Shown piece after piece: positions 10,317 through 25,100 of a stretch of DNA of 62,782 nucleotides. The translations under genes were made by a program, and so were the position numbers. Below the pieces are notes generated by a model, which saw only the letters and a program-made list of their open reading frames with translations, was not told where the DNA came from and did not search any database. Source of the DNA: Trichinella spiralis (lineage: Eukaryota). The first letter of the stretch is position 1; each line of letters opens with the position of its first letter. Where the stretch lies: positions 3,398,305 through 3,461,086 of the forward strand of contig NW_003526945.1 in assembly GCF_000181795.1 (NCBI RefSeq), in the 5' to 3' direction.

Positions 10317-13300
10317 TCACTGGTTATTTTCACGATCCTCACCAGTGACGCGTGTAATCAGTGCTCGCAATGCTTCAAACGGACGAAATACAGCATTTCC
10401 CAACATGTCCATACCAAAGCTGGTCGTCTAAATTAATCAAAAAAAATTAAAAGATAAAAAAAAATTATGCTCATCATTTGAAATACCGGAGCATGAATTT
10501 GCAGTGTTGGCGCAGTGGTGGGGTGGAACATGTTGACTACTTTTCTCACTGGTGGAAACGGATCGCATGGCTGGACAATATGAATTCTTTTCATCTCTTC
10601 CGTGCCAGACAGCAGGTGACGGAAATTCATCAAGTAAAGATGACGCAATACATTTGTCGGGACTCCGTAATAACAGCGATTTCGACTAAAAACAGTTATT
10701 AGAGGCTTTTTTCTTCATTTTTGCATACACTCAACAAACAAACACTGCACTTACATAATTGTATATTCGGCCATTTGTTTCGCAAATTCACTATCAGCTT
10801 CTTTCATATACCGCCCAAATTGACGACAAATCTTCTTGACCCATTCGGCAACTCCCTTCTCTTTCCACACAAAAGCGATTCGCGCCATGTACAAATCGTA
10901 CAACAATACCAAACTGCTCTTATCCCTAAACAGCAAGACATTTTTTCAAAAATGCAACCATACTTTGAAAGACATACTCTCGAAAAAATTTCTTGTAACA
11001 CCAAACGCTGAAGTATTCGGCTGGTCGGTAATCCAGGTTCAAGGTGTTAAACAACGCTGGCAACAGTGTTGGAAATCTCACCATCGCTTCCAACAGCTTC
11101 AAAAATAAAACAAAACCAAATCAATTTGTCATCAATTGCTTGTCATTTACTAACGATAAATAATAATTCTTACAGCTTTGTCCGCAGCCTCATAATCTTC
11201 CTGCAAGCCAGATTTCTGAGCGATAAAAAATCGTGCCAATGCGATCGAATAAGACATATTTGGCAACGCTTGCAATGATACTGCCTGAAATGTCGCAAAG
11301 ACATTTTTAATCATTTACCGACAATTCGACTGGTATGCTTTTTCAAATTTTACGCGCAAACAACCTACCTTCTCTTTCGCCGTGTAAAAAAGAACAAACT
11401 TTTCATACTCTTTGTTAACCAAAAACAAATAGTCAATGATCAACACCACTGCAAGTGGATCTTCCTCAGGATTCAAACTGAAAAACAAAAATTACCACCA
11501 ATAACCAACCAAAATCAACGCTAGTTGTTCTCAAAATAAAAACTAACTTGTATATAACTTTAGCATATTCTAGAGCAGTGCGATACAATTCACGACGCAT
11601 ACAGAAAAACATCTGCTTCATAAGTACAATAAAGAAACCTCTACAAAAAACTGCAATTTAAAAAAATGCAAATTTTCAAATAAATAACAACGGCTCGCCT
11701 GTTATTTGGGATACTGTACAATAAACGACACTTTCCAGAAATCACATTAAACATGCAATGCACAGCCGATTCATATGCATAAATGGCACGCTCTAAATGA
11801 GACAAAATTAAATTAACAATCAACATCACACTGAAATAAAATACTCGTTTAAATAAATCAAAGAAAAACAATTTACAACAGGCTTTCACATTTTCACTAT
11901 AAAACAAACTACGTGCAAAACTGCACTTCCATACGACAAATTAAGCAATCAGGATTAAGAAAAGCGAAAAATAAAACTCGGATATCAACTGCAGTAATAA
12001 AAATAGACATACGTACCGGCGAATTCTTGTGCATTTTCATAATTTCCTGTCGAAACTGCACATTCACTTGCCTGTATCAAAGCTGGAATATGATACGGTA
12101 CATAACCCAGAATGCGCTAAAAGAAAACAATTTTTTACAATTATAAATATTTCATCTTGCAATAGAACTTACAAATATCAAATGTGGAGAAGGGATGGAA
12201 TGCGCCTGAAGCTGCTGCTCAAAAATTCTGTAGCGAACGTCGTAATCAAAAGTAAAGTACAAGAGCTGTGGATCTAAAGCGCAGTTGTAGCGCTGCATTG
12301 TTATGCCTGAAAGATGTTATTTGAAAAACTTACAACAGAAAAGCAATAACAAGAGTAAAAAATATATAAATTACAAAAGGGCATTTTGAAACGTAAGTCA
12401 TAAATCATTTAATCCTGAAAAGGTAAGAATACCAAATAGCAAACCTGCATATTTTAAATCTGGCCATAACGGCTTTGGAATCACCATGCGGCCAGCTGCC
12501 CTTGGCATCCTATTTTTTCGTACAACCCCTCTTTTCCGATCATACTCGTTCTCAGGCTGCAAATTGCGATACTGCACAGTCAACAGCTTCTCCACATTCA
12601 ACTTTGGCGATTCTTTCGGCGCAACTTCCATTTCTTTGAATTCTTCCAGTATCTTGTCAATGTCTTCCTCGTTTGCAGGCGGCTTTTTCGACTCGACTTT
12701 CTTTTTCTGTGCTTTCTTCTTTCGCTTTTTCGAATTATTTTGCTTTTTTGCCAAATCTTTAGCAGGTGTTGACTAAACAACAATTGCAAACATCACTACT
12801 ATCTTCAGTTGGAAGTGAAAACGATGAAATTCAAAAATTTACCTTTTCCACTTCTGAATCGCCCGACAATGGCGCGAATTTATCTTCATCTTAAACAAAA
12901 ACAACATACAAGTGTTCTTTTAACTGTTTAACTCAATGCATTCAATTGTCCAATTACCATCGGAGTCGGATGTGGCAATCGTGGTGCTCTTGCTACTAGG
13001 CGTGGTGCTTGGGTTGCTTTGCTTTCTTGCCAATTTAACAGTGACCGGGTTGTTTTTGGCCTAAACAAAATAAGCAATAAAGTATCAAAAAAAAACTAAC
13101 TAACTAAAAGTATCAGTCCGAAAACGATAACATACCAAATTTTCACACTCCACCACAACTGAAACGGATGTGTCGATCACCTGGTCCGTTTCGATCACCG
13201 AATCATCTTTATTCTGAAGGATATTGTCTGGTCGGCTGTATACTTTGGCTACATTTTGCTTAAAATAAAAAATAAACATTTTTTCATTAGCTCTGCTTTC

Positions 13301-13457
13301 AACACTTGTTGGTCGTCTGCTTAGCGAAAACGGTGCTCAGCAAATCGAAGAAAATGCAAAGCAATACTTTTTTTCTGCTTTCATTTTCCACATTAATTGG
13401 CCGCAAACCCGTGCCTTTCTTTTTTACGGCATTTTTCGCTCGACCGGGTGAACCCAT
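10317..13457 (-). CDS. TCF25: TCF25/Nulp1 (Rqc1 homolog, DUF654), ribosome quality control component, multi-exon
   Basis: Lys-rich N-terminus (KKRKKKAQKKK...EEDIDKILEEF), then family motifs PKPLWP, RAIYAYESAVHCMFNVISGKCRLLYSIPNNR, YRTALEYAKVIY-LNPEEDPLAVVLIIDYL, RHLYL...DPFPP; last exon ends GEDRENNQ-TGA at 10317. Confidence 0.85.
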
Positions 13458-14535
13458 CTCGCATCGACAAACTACCCAAAGTGAGCAATGAGATGTACAG
13501 TATGAATTGACAAGCATGCATTCTTTGTTGTTCTTGCTTTTTTATGCGCAAGAAATTCAGCTTCCCAATGCACAGTCCAGTAATTTTTATACAAAATTAA
13601 TTTATATTATAATTTTATATATTTTTATTTCATTTTCTTGAATTTTTTTTCCACCTTTTGTTTCATTTGTATGTTGTTTACGTAATTTTTAAAGATTGAC
13701 CTAGTTTATTATAATTAAAGATGCGCGAAAAATATCAAAGTGCCGTTTTGATCATATAAAATAGAATATTAATTTGAGTGAAAATTTAATTAATAGCATA
13801 ATTTTTCGGAAGCTGGTGCCCAAGTTGATCGCCAGTGCCGATGACGTGTCACGTGCAAAAATAAGAAATTGAACAAAAATCATTTTCACGGCTCAAAAAT
13901 GACAACGTGGCTTGAGAAAAGCTAAATCAAAGTAAAATTTGTAGAATTTGGATTTTTTAACGAGCAATCTATGCAACTGGCACGCCTATTTTCAAATGTT
14001 GCAATTGAGGTGAATCTCTTTTGGCTCACGCAAAATCCAAAGCGAAACGGCAACACCAACTGTGCGTGGAGGTGGAAGTGTTTTGCGATCGTCGGTATTT
14101 TCGGCGGAAAATGCAATGAAAATTATGCAAAATTACAAGTAACTTTGTTGGAAAGTTTTTTTTTGTTTGTTTGCTTGTAATTTCAGTGTTTTCTTTTTGC
14201 CAGAGGGGGGGGGTTAAAAAATACATACAACTAATGAACTGGCTGACGAACTGACTTGAAGCCTCGGTTTGAACAGGGTAGGCTATGAGCGTTTTGGGCT
14301 ATTTTTGCTAGGACAGCTTCGATGAGTTAATTTTCGTCAAAGTGTGGAAATTTCACAATCAACAATGAATAAAACATGTGTTGGGAAAGTGGAAAAATGA
14401 TGAGAAAAGACCGAAAATTCATTTTATTATTAAATAGCACACGTCTGCATCAAAATTTCTTTGGACGGTTTTAAAAAATGCTACAAAGCAGATCTGTAAA
14501 TTGAATATTAAAACAACTGAAATAAAACTGACGCG

Positions 14536-16589
14536 TCAATCGGCAAAGAAACGATGACGCAGAGCGCGTCCGGCACAGATTCTCGTCTGATAATTGACGT
14601 CCAACATTTTTCGCAACAAATCAAAAAGCAGCGTTTTCAATCCAGCCGGATATGTTCGCTCGAGCTCTTCATTACGACAAAAGCAGGAATACTTCGTCTT
14701 GGGGAAGTGTCGCATCGCCGGGGCGCACTTTTCACAGGATACTGTCAACGGTTGCTCTCCGTCGTCGGAACCACCGCAGGAAAGCCAGCTCATCGTGTGG
14801 CAAACTTTCTTCAAATCCAACGAAGGATATACCGGCTGGGAAACCAACTTGTAGCCTGAAAATGATATTCATTGGAATGACAATTTTTAAATTCGCATCC
14901 CACCTAAATTTGCGAGAGCATCGTGCACGTTCCTGGTTCCAAATAGAGATATCATCAAGCCAACTGCGGAAAGATCATTTTCAGGAACCCAAAATGGATG
15001 CGTCCTGCTTAACAAGGTGATAAAAACAATTCCAGCCGCCCAGATATCCACGGCAGGCGTGTAGACTGGTACGGAAATTAATATCTCGAGCGACTGATAT
15101 CCACGCGTTCCCATATTACCCGCAATTGCAGTACGTCTTAAAAGCAATTTAAACAAAAAAGTCACTCGCAAATAAATGATCAAATCAAATCAAATTTTCA
15201 ACAACTACTTCTTCAAACAATGGTTACAAACTGTTTGAACGCTACACTTGCACTGGCGATCACTAATACTCCATTGCATCATGCTAGGCTAAAGCGATAT
15301 TTAAAAAAATACGATCGCGTTATTATGATCAAATGAGCAAATGAAAATAAAATTGCACCATTGCAAATTTCGGCAACTGATTCCGCTTGTAATGTTCAGC
15401 AAAGCCAAAATCTATCAGCGCATATCTGATTTGGAAAAAAGAAAACAATTATAAAACTCTGTGTGTTTGAAAAAGCAACACTGAATTGGTGATGCATACT
15501 TTCGAATATTTCGATTGTACAAAAAGTTTGCTGGTTTCACATCTCTGTGCATGATACCATTCGCATGCAAATATCTCAAAGCGACTAACAAATTGTACAT
15601 GTACATTTTAATCTCTTCAAAATTCATGCTATACATTATTTCCTGAAATAAAATTATTTTTTAAATTTAAATCATGCAATTAATTTAAAAAAAACAAACA
15701 AACAATTATCAATTACCGACAACGAATCGTAAGGGAAATAGTCCATCAGAAGCAATATTCGGCAACGAATTCTCGAAACAGCCAACAATCGAATAGTATT
15801 GCACTTTCCACTGAAACATTTGTAAAATATGTTAATATTTTCAATTTTTCACACTTTTCAAATTCACCTCAATAATTTGAGCATTTTTATTTCATTAACA
15901 AAAACATCTTGCTTGGTCAGTCGAGAGCAAGCTTTCAGCGCAAAAAATCGCTTCGATGGTAAATGCTGCATGAGGTAAACTTTTCCAAAGCCACCTTAAA
16001 ATACCCTTTTTATGTATTTTAATGAAATACAACTGAAAACGTTCAATTCTCGTATTTAATTTAAAAGAAAAGCTCTTTTATTTATTGTACAAGTCTCGTG
16101 ATAATCAACGAATTTTTTTAATTAATAAATTTCATGCAAAAGTAGTCTTAAGAAAAGTTTTTGTAAGTTTTGGAGCAAGCTGATTATCACCAACAATAAC
16201 TTCATTTATTTAATAGGCTGAATTGAAAAATCAACATTGAAGAATATGGAATGAATTACAATTTTTTCACTTTATCGCATTCACATCTTGTGACAAAACG
16301 GACAGAATTTAGTCGTTTTTTTTTAATTTATGACTATATTGTCATTAACAGTTGATATTATATAAGGATTTTCTTTCTTAATAGGCTCTAAAAATAAAAT
16401 ACAGGTTATCTTTTATAAAAAAAATATCATGAAAGAAATCTTTAAACAATATGAAAATTCAATTTAAAAAAGGAATATCACAAAATAATTAAAAAAACGA
16501 TAAATAATTTTCTTACCAGAACCAAGGCATTTTATTATTCTCAATTTATTACTAACGCAGAACCGCTTCACATCTAGTGCTACATCCAT
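14536..16589 (-). CDS. CDC7: CDC7-family Ser/Thr kinase (divergent), multi-exon
   Basis: Spliced: LGSG|GFGKVY, FFALK, NEIKML, MDYFPYD, HRDVKPANFLYNR, YALIDFGFAE, CDC7-type zinc motif CKCSVQTVCNHC just before the activation segment, DIWAAGIVFITLLSRTHPF...NDLSA, DLLRKMLDVNYQTRICAGRALRHRFF. Confidence 0.8.
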
Positions 16590-19500
16590 GAATTTGAACA
16601 CGGAAGGACCATAATTTGAACAAAAAATTAGATTAGTGCATCTTTAATTACAGAACTTTAATATAAGTTTAAGATAATCAAGATCAATGAAATAATACTG
16701 TCTAAATTCAGGAAAAGGATTTACATCATTTATTGGCTAGTTATATCGATGATTTTATTATAATTTTTAAAATTAATTTTGCATAAATGGTATTTTAATT
16801 TTTTATACACTTGAGTTTATTCTTCAAATGTAAGTGCTGAAACAAATTAGTCACTCTAAAGTTAATTGCTTTAATAATTACTAAAAATAAATTAATCATT
16901 GCATTATTCTTAATTTGTTCAAAAATTCATTGATAATTTATCGAAATTATTTAAAATTCATTATCTATTTTTTTTATCTTTCAAACTTTCGGCAAAATTG
17001 TCTGTTGTTATTAAATAAACTTTATTATTGAAGTGGATGAATGTACATGGAGAATGAAAAACAAATAATAAAATATTTAAAAATATTTTACATAACAGTG
17101 TGAAATACTAATTATTACTTGCTTAATTGCTTCAACGGCAAAATTTGAAATCACAATGTAAATGAGCAACAATTTCTTCACCGGTTTTTTTGGTCAGAAT
17201 CTTTCAAAGAATATTATTGTCCAGACAAGTTTAAAATAATTGATTTATACTTTGTAAATTTTGCGCAATTTGCAATTTTATTCTTATAATGCAAGAAAAT
17301 GATCCGTGCTAATTTGTGATAGTTTTTGAAAGTACCTTTTTAATAGTAATTCGTGTGATTGTAAAATAGCTTAATATGCAGATTTAATAAGCTAATGATT
17401 ATTTTTAATTATGCCTCTAATTAGTGTGGACTGTACTTTTGCTTTGATTAGTGCGCTCTTAAAAATTGATTGAAACAAGCCAGCATTTGCTAACAAATAT
17501 TAATTGCAATAAAATAAGGTGTTCATTAGTAACAATTAAATAAAGTAATGTACAAAAACTGAACGCTTTCGAGGTTATAATTTAAAATGTACGTCATTAT
17601 TATTTTTTATAGTGTAAAGCTTAATCGGCTTAAAGATTTTCTATTAAAACTGTTTTATAGACAGGCAAGCCGAATGCATTATTCTTGTCACTCGTTGATC
17701 TAGAGGTAAATTTGTTTTCTGATTTTAAAAATATAATCATTGGTATAATTTAAAAAAAGATTTCACAATAAGTTATTAAATTTAAATCTTCATTATATGA
17801 AGTAATTTAAATTTTTGTTTCAGTTGGTGAAAAATTAAATCAAAGTGCATTGATCATTGCAGTTTTTATTATTTTAAGCATTAAAAATACAAGCTGAAAA
17901 GAAGGTTGGTGTAATATGCATATATGTTGGAATTATTGTCAAATTGAACACTTATGTGTTCAAGTTTTTTGTTTTGTTTTTCTTTTGAATATTAGCCATG
18001 ACAAAAAAGTTACAAACTAATTATGAATCAGTTTGCGGTTTTCAATCAGGTGTAAGTTGAATAAATTTGAGCAGAAATAATTTTCGGATCTGCATTAACG
18101 TTATGACGTTTCAGATGAATCAATTGAAATAGGATTAAAGAGCATGTTGCCCCAATAAAAGTGCTTTTGATCAATGATAAATTCAGGTTATAGCGTTTGC
18201 CAAATAAGCACATTTTTGAATTTCACCTCACTGGAGCGCATTGATAAACAAATGGACTTGCCCATTCGCATATTGTGACCTGAAGTTACTAGATGATCAT
18301 CAAAGTGAGACCAGTTGTTAATAATAATTCGTTTTCAGTTTAACCATTGAAATGCAAAACTTAGGCATAAACAAAAATTATGATTTTTAATCTTCATTTT
18401 GTATATTTGTCTACTGTAAAATGTTTCACTCACACACTCACACATACACACACATATATATATATATATGAATAGATGTGTATACGTTTTTTTAATTGAT
18501 TCAACACCTGTCAAGGTATGCTGAATCAGCGTGAAATGTAAATAATGATAATAATTTTGCGTTTAATGTTTGATTGGCAAAGTAGAATATTGATTTAGCA
18601 TTAATTTGAAAAAAATTACTAAAAGCATATAGCGTATAAATATTACACACTAATACAATTGAATACCAAACATATTTCCCTTTTTATTTTTATTGCAAAA
18701 CAGCAAAATATACAAAATCACTAAATTCTTCTACTGATTAAATAAGGTAAGTTGAAAAAAAATAAAAGTTAACTACATCCTGGTTATTCAAATTTGTTTT
18801 AAAAAATTTAAATATTTTACAACAATTCATCAATTGCTACTACAGATGCCATTTTTACAACTGTTGAATTGAATCAACGGTTGCAATTAATATTATTAAT
18901 AATTGAATTTATCATTATTTAATAAAATTGAAATCAATAAATGCAAATGTGCAAATTGAAATGTCGAGTCATTTGAAGTTGAGAAAATTATGCATAAAAT
19001 ACTCTCTTTCAGATCGCTCAATTATAACAGACTGTGACTGAATTTTGCGCAATTTTGAATATGGTAAGTTGTTAATTTTGTTATAATTCATGAATTTTTT
19101 GTTTGCATTTTTAATACAATTAATATAATATTATTGTAAACAAGAATGGGAGAAATTGGAATATTAAATTTGCATACAGACCACTAGTCATCAATTTCAG
19201 TTGTCAATAGCAAAAGTTGCATTTTGTAGTTGATTCACTGTTTGTCTATTAACATGCAGGTTGTCATTAAATTTACTTCAAACTTCCATAAATACGTTCA
19301 ACGCAATTGTAAGGTTTTCATTCATTGCAATTATTACTTAATAAATGGAAGAAATCAATAATTTGACAGATAAGTATAATTTATTTTCATTATTACACGC
19401 AGCTTAATTTATTAATTGAACTTATAAATGCAAAGCATCCAAGAATAAAAATATTCTCAATATTATTATTATTAATAAATACTTTTTTCTTTGTAATTTA

Positions 19501-22129
19501 CATGTATTAAATAATTTTTTATTTCTTCGTCATCTATTTTCTCCAGATGATGATCACAATGATGTATGCAAATTTTTGTGAGGAATTTCACTCCACTTCA
19601 CCTTGATGAATAATAAAAGTAATATATATTATTTATTGCTTGCTTAATGAAAGCGAACAACAATAAATTGTAGGATCTATATTTGAAATTGGTTAAATGT
19701 CATAATCAAGTATGCATGCAATTGAATCAGCCACTCAATTATGCAAACTCGTTCAATTACGGTCAAGTGACGAAATGGTTTTTCCTCTTTTGTACACCAA
19801 CAGTGCAACATTTTCCCCCCAAAAAATTCAAATATGTATTAAAATTATATTTGCATTTCATTTTTTTAATTTTAATTTTAATTTTTTCCATTTCTGTATA
19901 CTTTTTTCTAATCGTTAATCGAATACTGTTGACGTGGAAGCAAACATACCTCTGCAACGTGTTGTTTAAAAGAAGAAAATATTTATCAACTAAATTGTAT
20001 AATAATAAAACAATAATGACGCATCCGTCGGTTTTTATTTATTTATTCCCAATGATCTGTTTCAAATGTGCACTTTGGAATGATTCACCTTTTTTTAATT
20101 TGATTTTTTACTGATTACGCAAAATGAAAAAAAAAGTAAACATAATTATAAATTGAGACTATTTTAAATAATTAATTATTTGTTGAATGATTTCGATTTT
20201 TTTTAAATTCTACACAGCGTTGATTGGGAAAGTGGTAAATTTATCTGTGCGCATTAATGAAAATTTATTTCATTAACTATAAATTGAGTTATAATAATAA
20301 TAATACAATTTTGATCGAATTCAATATATTATAATGGAATACAATGATCGCCAGATTGGATTGTCTTGATTCTATTGACAACAAGGGGGGGGGGAGAAGA
20401 TTGAGGGGTTGTTTTCTTAAATTAAAAAATTGCCAGTTATAAATTTTTGCCAATTTAATAACTGACTGACTACTGGATAAGGTTGAATAATTAATGGAAT
20501 TATGATGGAAATTTTTACAAAAATTGACCGGTCGTGGGGTTCGACTATCCGTCCGTTGTTCGATTAGAGTCGTTGGTGGATGAATAAATTTTGTCCATGG
20601 CGGTTGGTGTGCATTTGTGTAAAGTGACCAGGCGTGAAATTTGTCCCAATCCGGAGAATCATTTGAATTTTTTATTTTCATAATTTCGTGCAATTTTAAA
20701 CTAGGCTAATTAACATCTCCGCCTTGAGATCTTGTTCGAGGTCAATTTGGCAGTTGCATATTGCAACCGGCTGCTAAAAATAATATTCCATCTCTTTCTC
20801 TTTCTCCTTTATGACAACAATGCTTCCAGTTTTATAAATCATTGACGAGAAACATTTGAAAAGTTTTTCATTAGAAAAGAAACAAATCTTCTCTATTCGT
20901 GCGGTTTTTTGTTTTGTCCGTTGTAATAATTGATCATCGATGCCTGCAATGGAAACATTTATGCCCACTGTATTGTGTCATTTATTCTTCAGCATACGGT
21001 ATGTTTGTTGCATTTGTAATTCTTTTGTTTCGAATAGACTTAGAAGTTCATTATTTTATTATTAAATTATAATTTTCTTTCTTTCCTTTTTGATTTTATT
21101 TCCACTCTACAATACAAATTTGCATATTTACTTTGAACAACTGAACAGTGTAGCAATTCATTTTGTGAAAAGAAAAATTGCCCCATTATTTTTCTGTTGT
21201 GTTTGTTTTCGTTCCTTTCTTTTTTACATTTATTGTTCATTAATTAAATGGTCAATTTTTTGAATTAAATTTGAAATAAAAATATGAAATTTGTCATTTA
21301 CAATGGAAAATTAAATTTATTTAGATTTTGAAAAAAAAAGATTTTTTTTTCTTTCATTGAACGAAAAATGATTAATAATTTTAATAAGAACAGAAATGAT
21401 GAAATATTAATGATAGGACACGTTTTAACACAATTAAGTGAAATTGTTTGTGAGTAATTTGTCATTAGAATTGGATGAATTATTAAAAAAGAATTTCGAA
21501 TCCATAGCAACCGACACACTCAACTGTTGTACTTTGAAAGAACTTGATTATTAAATTTTTGTTTTTGTCTGTCTGTATTTGTTTGTTTGTTTGTTTGTTT
21601 GTTGTTAGGTGTACTTTTTTCATTCACTCGAACTCGTTTAAACTTTTGCATCTATTGTTCCACGAAAGCTTTGAGCTCGAATTGTTAAGATGAAAACGAA
21701 ATTAGCAGTTTTTCTTTTAAATTTATAATCGACCTGATCACAAAAGCAACACTTCTGAATTATAATTGATGACAAAATTTGAATTGCTAATTCGATTGGG
21801 GAGATGATAATTTTTTTGAGATACTTTATTCTTTTTTTTAAAAAAGAAATTAGTAGTACTACTATTCTTCTTTGTCCGAGTGGATGAATGAAAATAACTG
21901 AGTTGAGGTGAACGAATAGTCAAAGCAACGTAGTAAAGTATTATTCTTTCACAAGATTATTATCTTTTCAATTTTTGTTCAATATAGAAAAATGAAAAGA
22001 AAAAAAAATTAATAATAATAATTTATTCTGTGAGTTTGATCTTTTTGTTCGACTAATTCACGCGCCGCGTGCTATGAAATTCGTTCCAAATTGTATCATT
22101 TGCTGCAATTGTTTTTCCACTCTGGCCGG

Positions 22130-22130
<1 letters not shown>

Positions 22131-22164
<34 letters not shown>
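22131..22164. repeat. (AAT)n microsatellite
   Basis: About 11 perfect TAA/AAT units. Confidence 0.9.
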
Positions 22165-22170
<6 letters not shown>

Positions 22171-25100
22171 TGAACTCTGTTCACTGTTTTCGTAGGATGA
22201 TCATTTTGAAAAATTTCGAAATTGAACGACAACGCATTGGGCAATTCGATTTTCAGTGATGATTTGAAGCGTTCATTTGATTTACGCGGATCGATTTCAC
22301 AATTTCGCTAGATTCGTTGGTTGGAGTGTTGAAAACTAAAATAAAATAAAATAATAAGAACAAAATAATAATAAAATATACTTTTTCCATTTGATTCGTT
22401 TGTTTTATTAGGAAAACTTGTTCAAAAAGAAAAAAAAACCAATCCTAATTCTTAATTGTCATTAATGCAAATTAATTCATTAACAACAATCGGCGCGATT
22501 ATTCGTGCAAATTAGATTTCATTGATAAATTAATTATAAATATTTTATTTGTTGTATTTTTTTGTAACAAAGGATGTGCAGTTGTCATAAATAAGTAAAT
22601 AAATGAATAAATACATATATATGTAATATTTTTTTGTAAATTATCTGACTGTATTGTCCGGAAAAGTAATCGTATAATAAATAAGATGGGATCGGCAGGC
22701 GCATTTCGACGTATCAATTGCTTGAAAAGAGCAGAACTGTTTGCTGTTTATCAATTACGATCGTGTGCATTAGAAATTATCGGCTAATTTTCACTTCATT
22801 ATCTGCGAATGAAGTCGGAAAAGCAGTGATTATTCGGTCTATTGAACATCTGCTTAATATACTCTATGCGACCAGTGGGTTGTTGTCCATTGTGACGATC
22901 CTCTATCCCAGAGCTCGCTTCATGCTTGTTCTCTGCTCTTTTGGTTTTGCCAGTCCAATTGTAGCTTGGGGTTTCGAATTTTATTCGGCTCAATATCTGT
23001 CTTCCATTTCGACGCGCTCCATTGCCAAGACAAAATGACAATTGTGTGTGCAAGTTCTTGAACAACGCGATCCGATCCGAATCGTCTCGGATCAACCCAA
23101 CCAAGCTCTAGTCTCGGTCAGGTTAGCTTTTCAAAAGCACGCTTTTTCCTATTCCCCCGCGACTGCCATCAGAGCCAATTAATGATCTGTAAAATGCGAC
23201 CCAATTGTCACTAATGTAAATTAAAAATCCCATTATAATCATTCAACTATTTTCATTGACATTCAATTCACGAGCTCAACTCGACTTGTGCGCCCATTAG
23301 CAAATAATTCCAACTGTTGTTCTCAATTATTCATTGCAATAATTTCTCATCGTTGAAAAAGAAACCAACAATTTTCATGAATATTTACATGAATCGAAGC
23401 AAACAACAAAATCAAACACGTCGAACAATTGCAATTAATTAATAAAATTTCGCGTTTTTTATTTTGCCATCACCAATTGCCATTGGAAATGATAAAATTA
23501 CTAATTGAAAAAGAAGAAGAAGAAGAAAAAAAAAACCGGTCATTCACGATGATTATAAATTTACATATTAATGAATTTTCAATCGCAGTTTCGTTTGTAA
23601 AACGGATTGTAACAAATCGCTGGTCGTTGTAAATTGAAGTTTCGCAAATTTTGCATAAAATACAAATGTCAACAATGATAAATCCAGAAAATGAGTCAAG
23701 TGATCACAAATCTCGCCGCAAAGCATCAAACACCAGGTAGTAGATTTGGTTTTTCCCTTTTTTTTCATTTCCTCAAAACACTTGGCGTTGGTGTTTTTTT
23801 TCTCAAAAATGTAAGTTGTTGTTTTTGTTTTGATGTAAACTTATCGAGACAAAAAATTTACCGTAAATAGAAAATTAAGATTGTATATTTTGAAGTTTTT
23901 TCTTTTCTTTTTTTGACGACGTTTGAAATGATGAAAATTCACCGTTGTCAAAGTTTGCGTTGTAGAATTTCGCGTCGTCAACGTTTTTCCGTTGTCGTTC
24001 GAACTTTATGCAAATTTTTTGAATTCCCTTTTTTATTTTTATTTTTTGAATTCAATCCTCTTTTTTCCGACCAAAAACAACAACAACATCGGGTTACTGT
24101 AGTTTGGCCGATTAATTAATTTTCATGTCATCGTTGCATTTCGTTCCACTGGAAAGGGAAAAGTGGTTTTTCGTTTGCGCGGTCGTGCCGGCGACGTTAT
24201 GCAAATTTTTTCCATACCCAACGAGACTCGGTCGATTATTGTTTCTTTGACTTTGGCCAACTTTTTTGTTCGCTCGTTGGTCAAAATTGGAAGAAAAAAA
24301 AATTAATCATCGAGCAGCCATTCGAAGTGAAGTGAATTTGCCCAATCAATCGCACGCTGTGTTTAATTTCATTTTCGCAGCGCTGAAAATTGTCACTTTT
24401 CAAGTTTCACAACAGCAATTTTATTAACATCTTTTATCATTTAATTAGAAATATAAAGCTATGATTGAATGTGTTGATTATAATGAAATTTGGTTTAATT
24501 AAAAGCGGAATAAATCAAAATTGAGAAAGAGAGAGAGAAAGATGGAAAAAATCAAGTTGCTCATAATAATAATAATAATAATAATAATGAATAAGTTTCT
24601 TTTGTGATATATAGTTGGTCCGATGCAATGCGAACAAACCAGCAATAGTTGATTAGGGTTTTTTGCATTTTTCAACAACTTCTCCATCGTGTTTCTGTTT
24701 GTCTGTCTGCTTGTGTGTGTATGTGTGTGTGAAAAGGTTTTTCCATTAAAATTAAATTATCCACCGTTTGTGAAAATAGCAATAACGAGTTCGGTTGCTC
24801 AGGAGATGATCAATTGTACCAGATCTGTCCAGATTAAGCATCACTTCTCTTCTGAACTATTGAAAACCCGGAAATGAGACGTCCTCTTGGCAAGCGGCGG
24901 ACATCTTCACAAATGATCTAAGCGAAATGAATCGACTCGAAAGCGAACGAATAGGCGGCTGAAAATGAGACGAAATTAAAACTTCAAGTCCGCGATCACA
25001 ACCACGGCTTACTGTAGCGGTGAGCTTGGTCGTGGTCGTGGTATGATTGAGCGAAACAAATTAATGAGCCAGGGCGAATGGGTTGAGCGTCGGCGGGTCG

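Noticed and set aside
13520..14400. Possible SL RNA/snRNA or other ncRNA between TCF25 and CDC7 (Sm-like AATTTTT words)
   Set aside because: No recognisable leader, donor-hairpin structure or known RNA family similarity.
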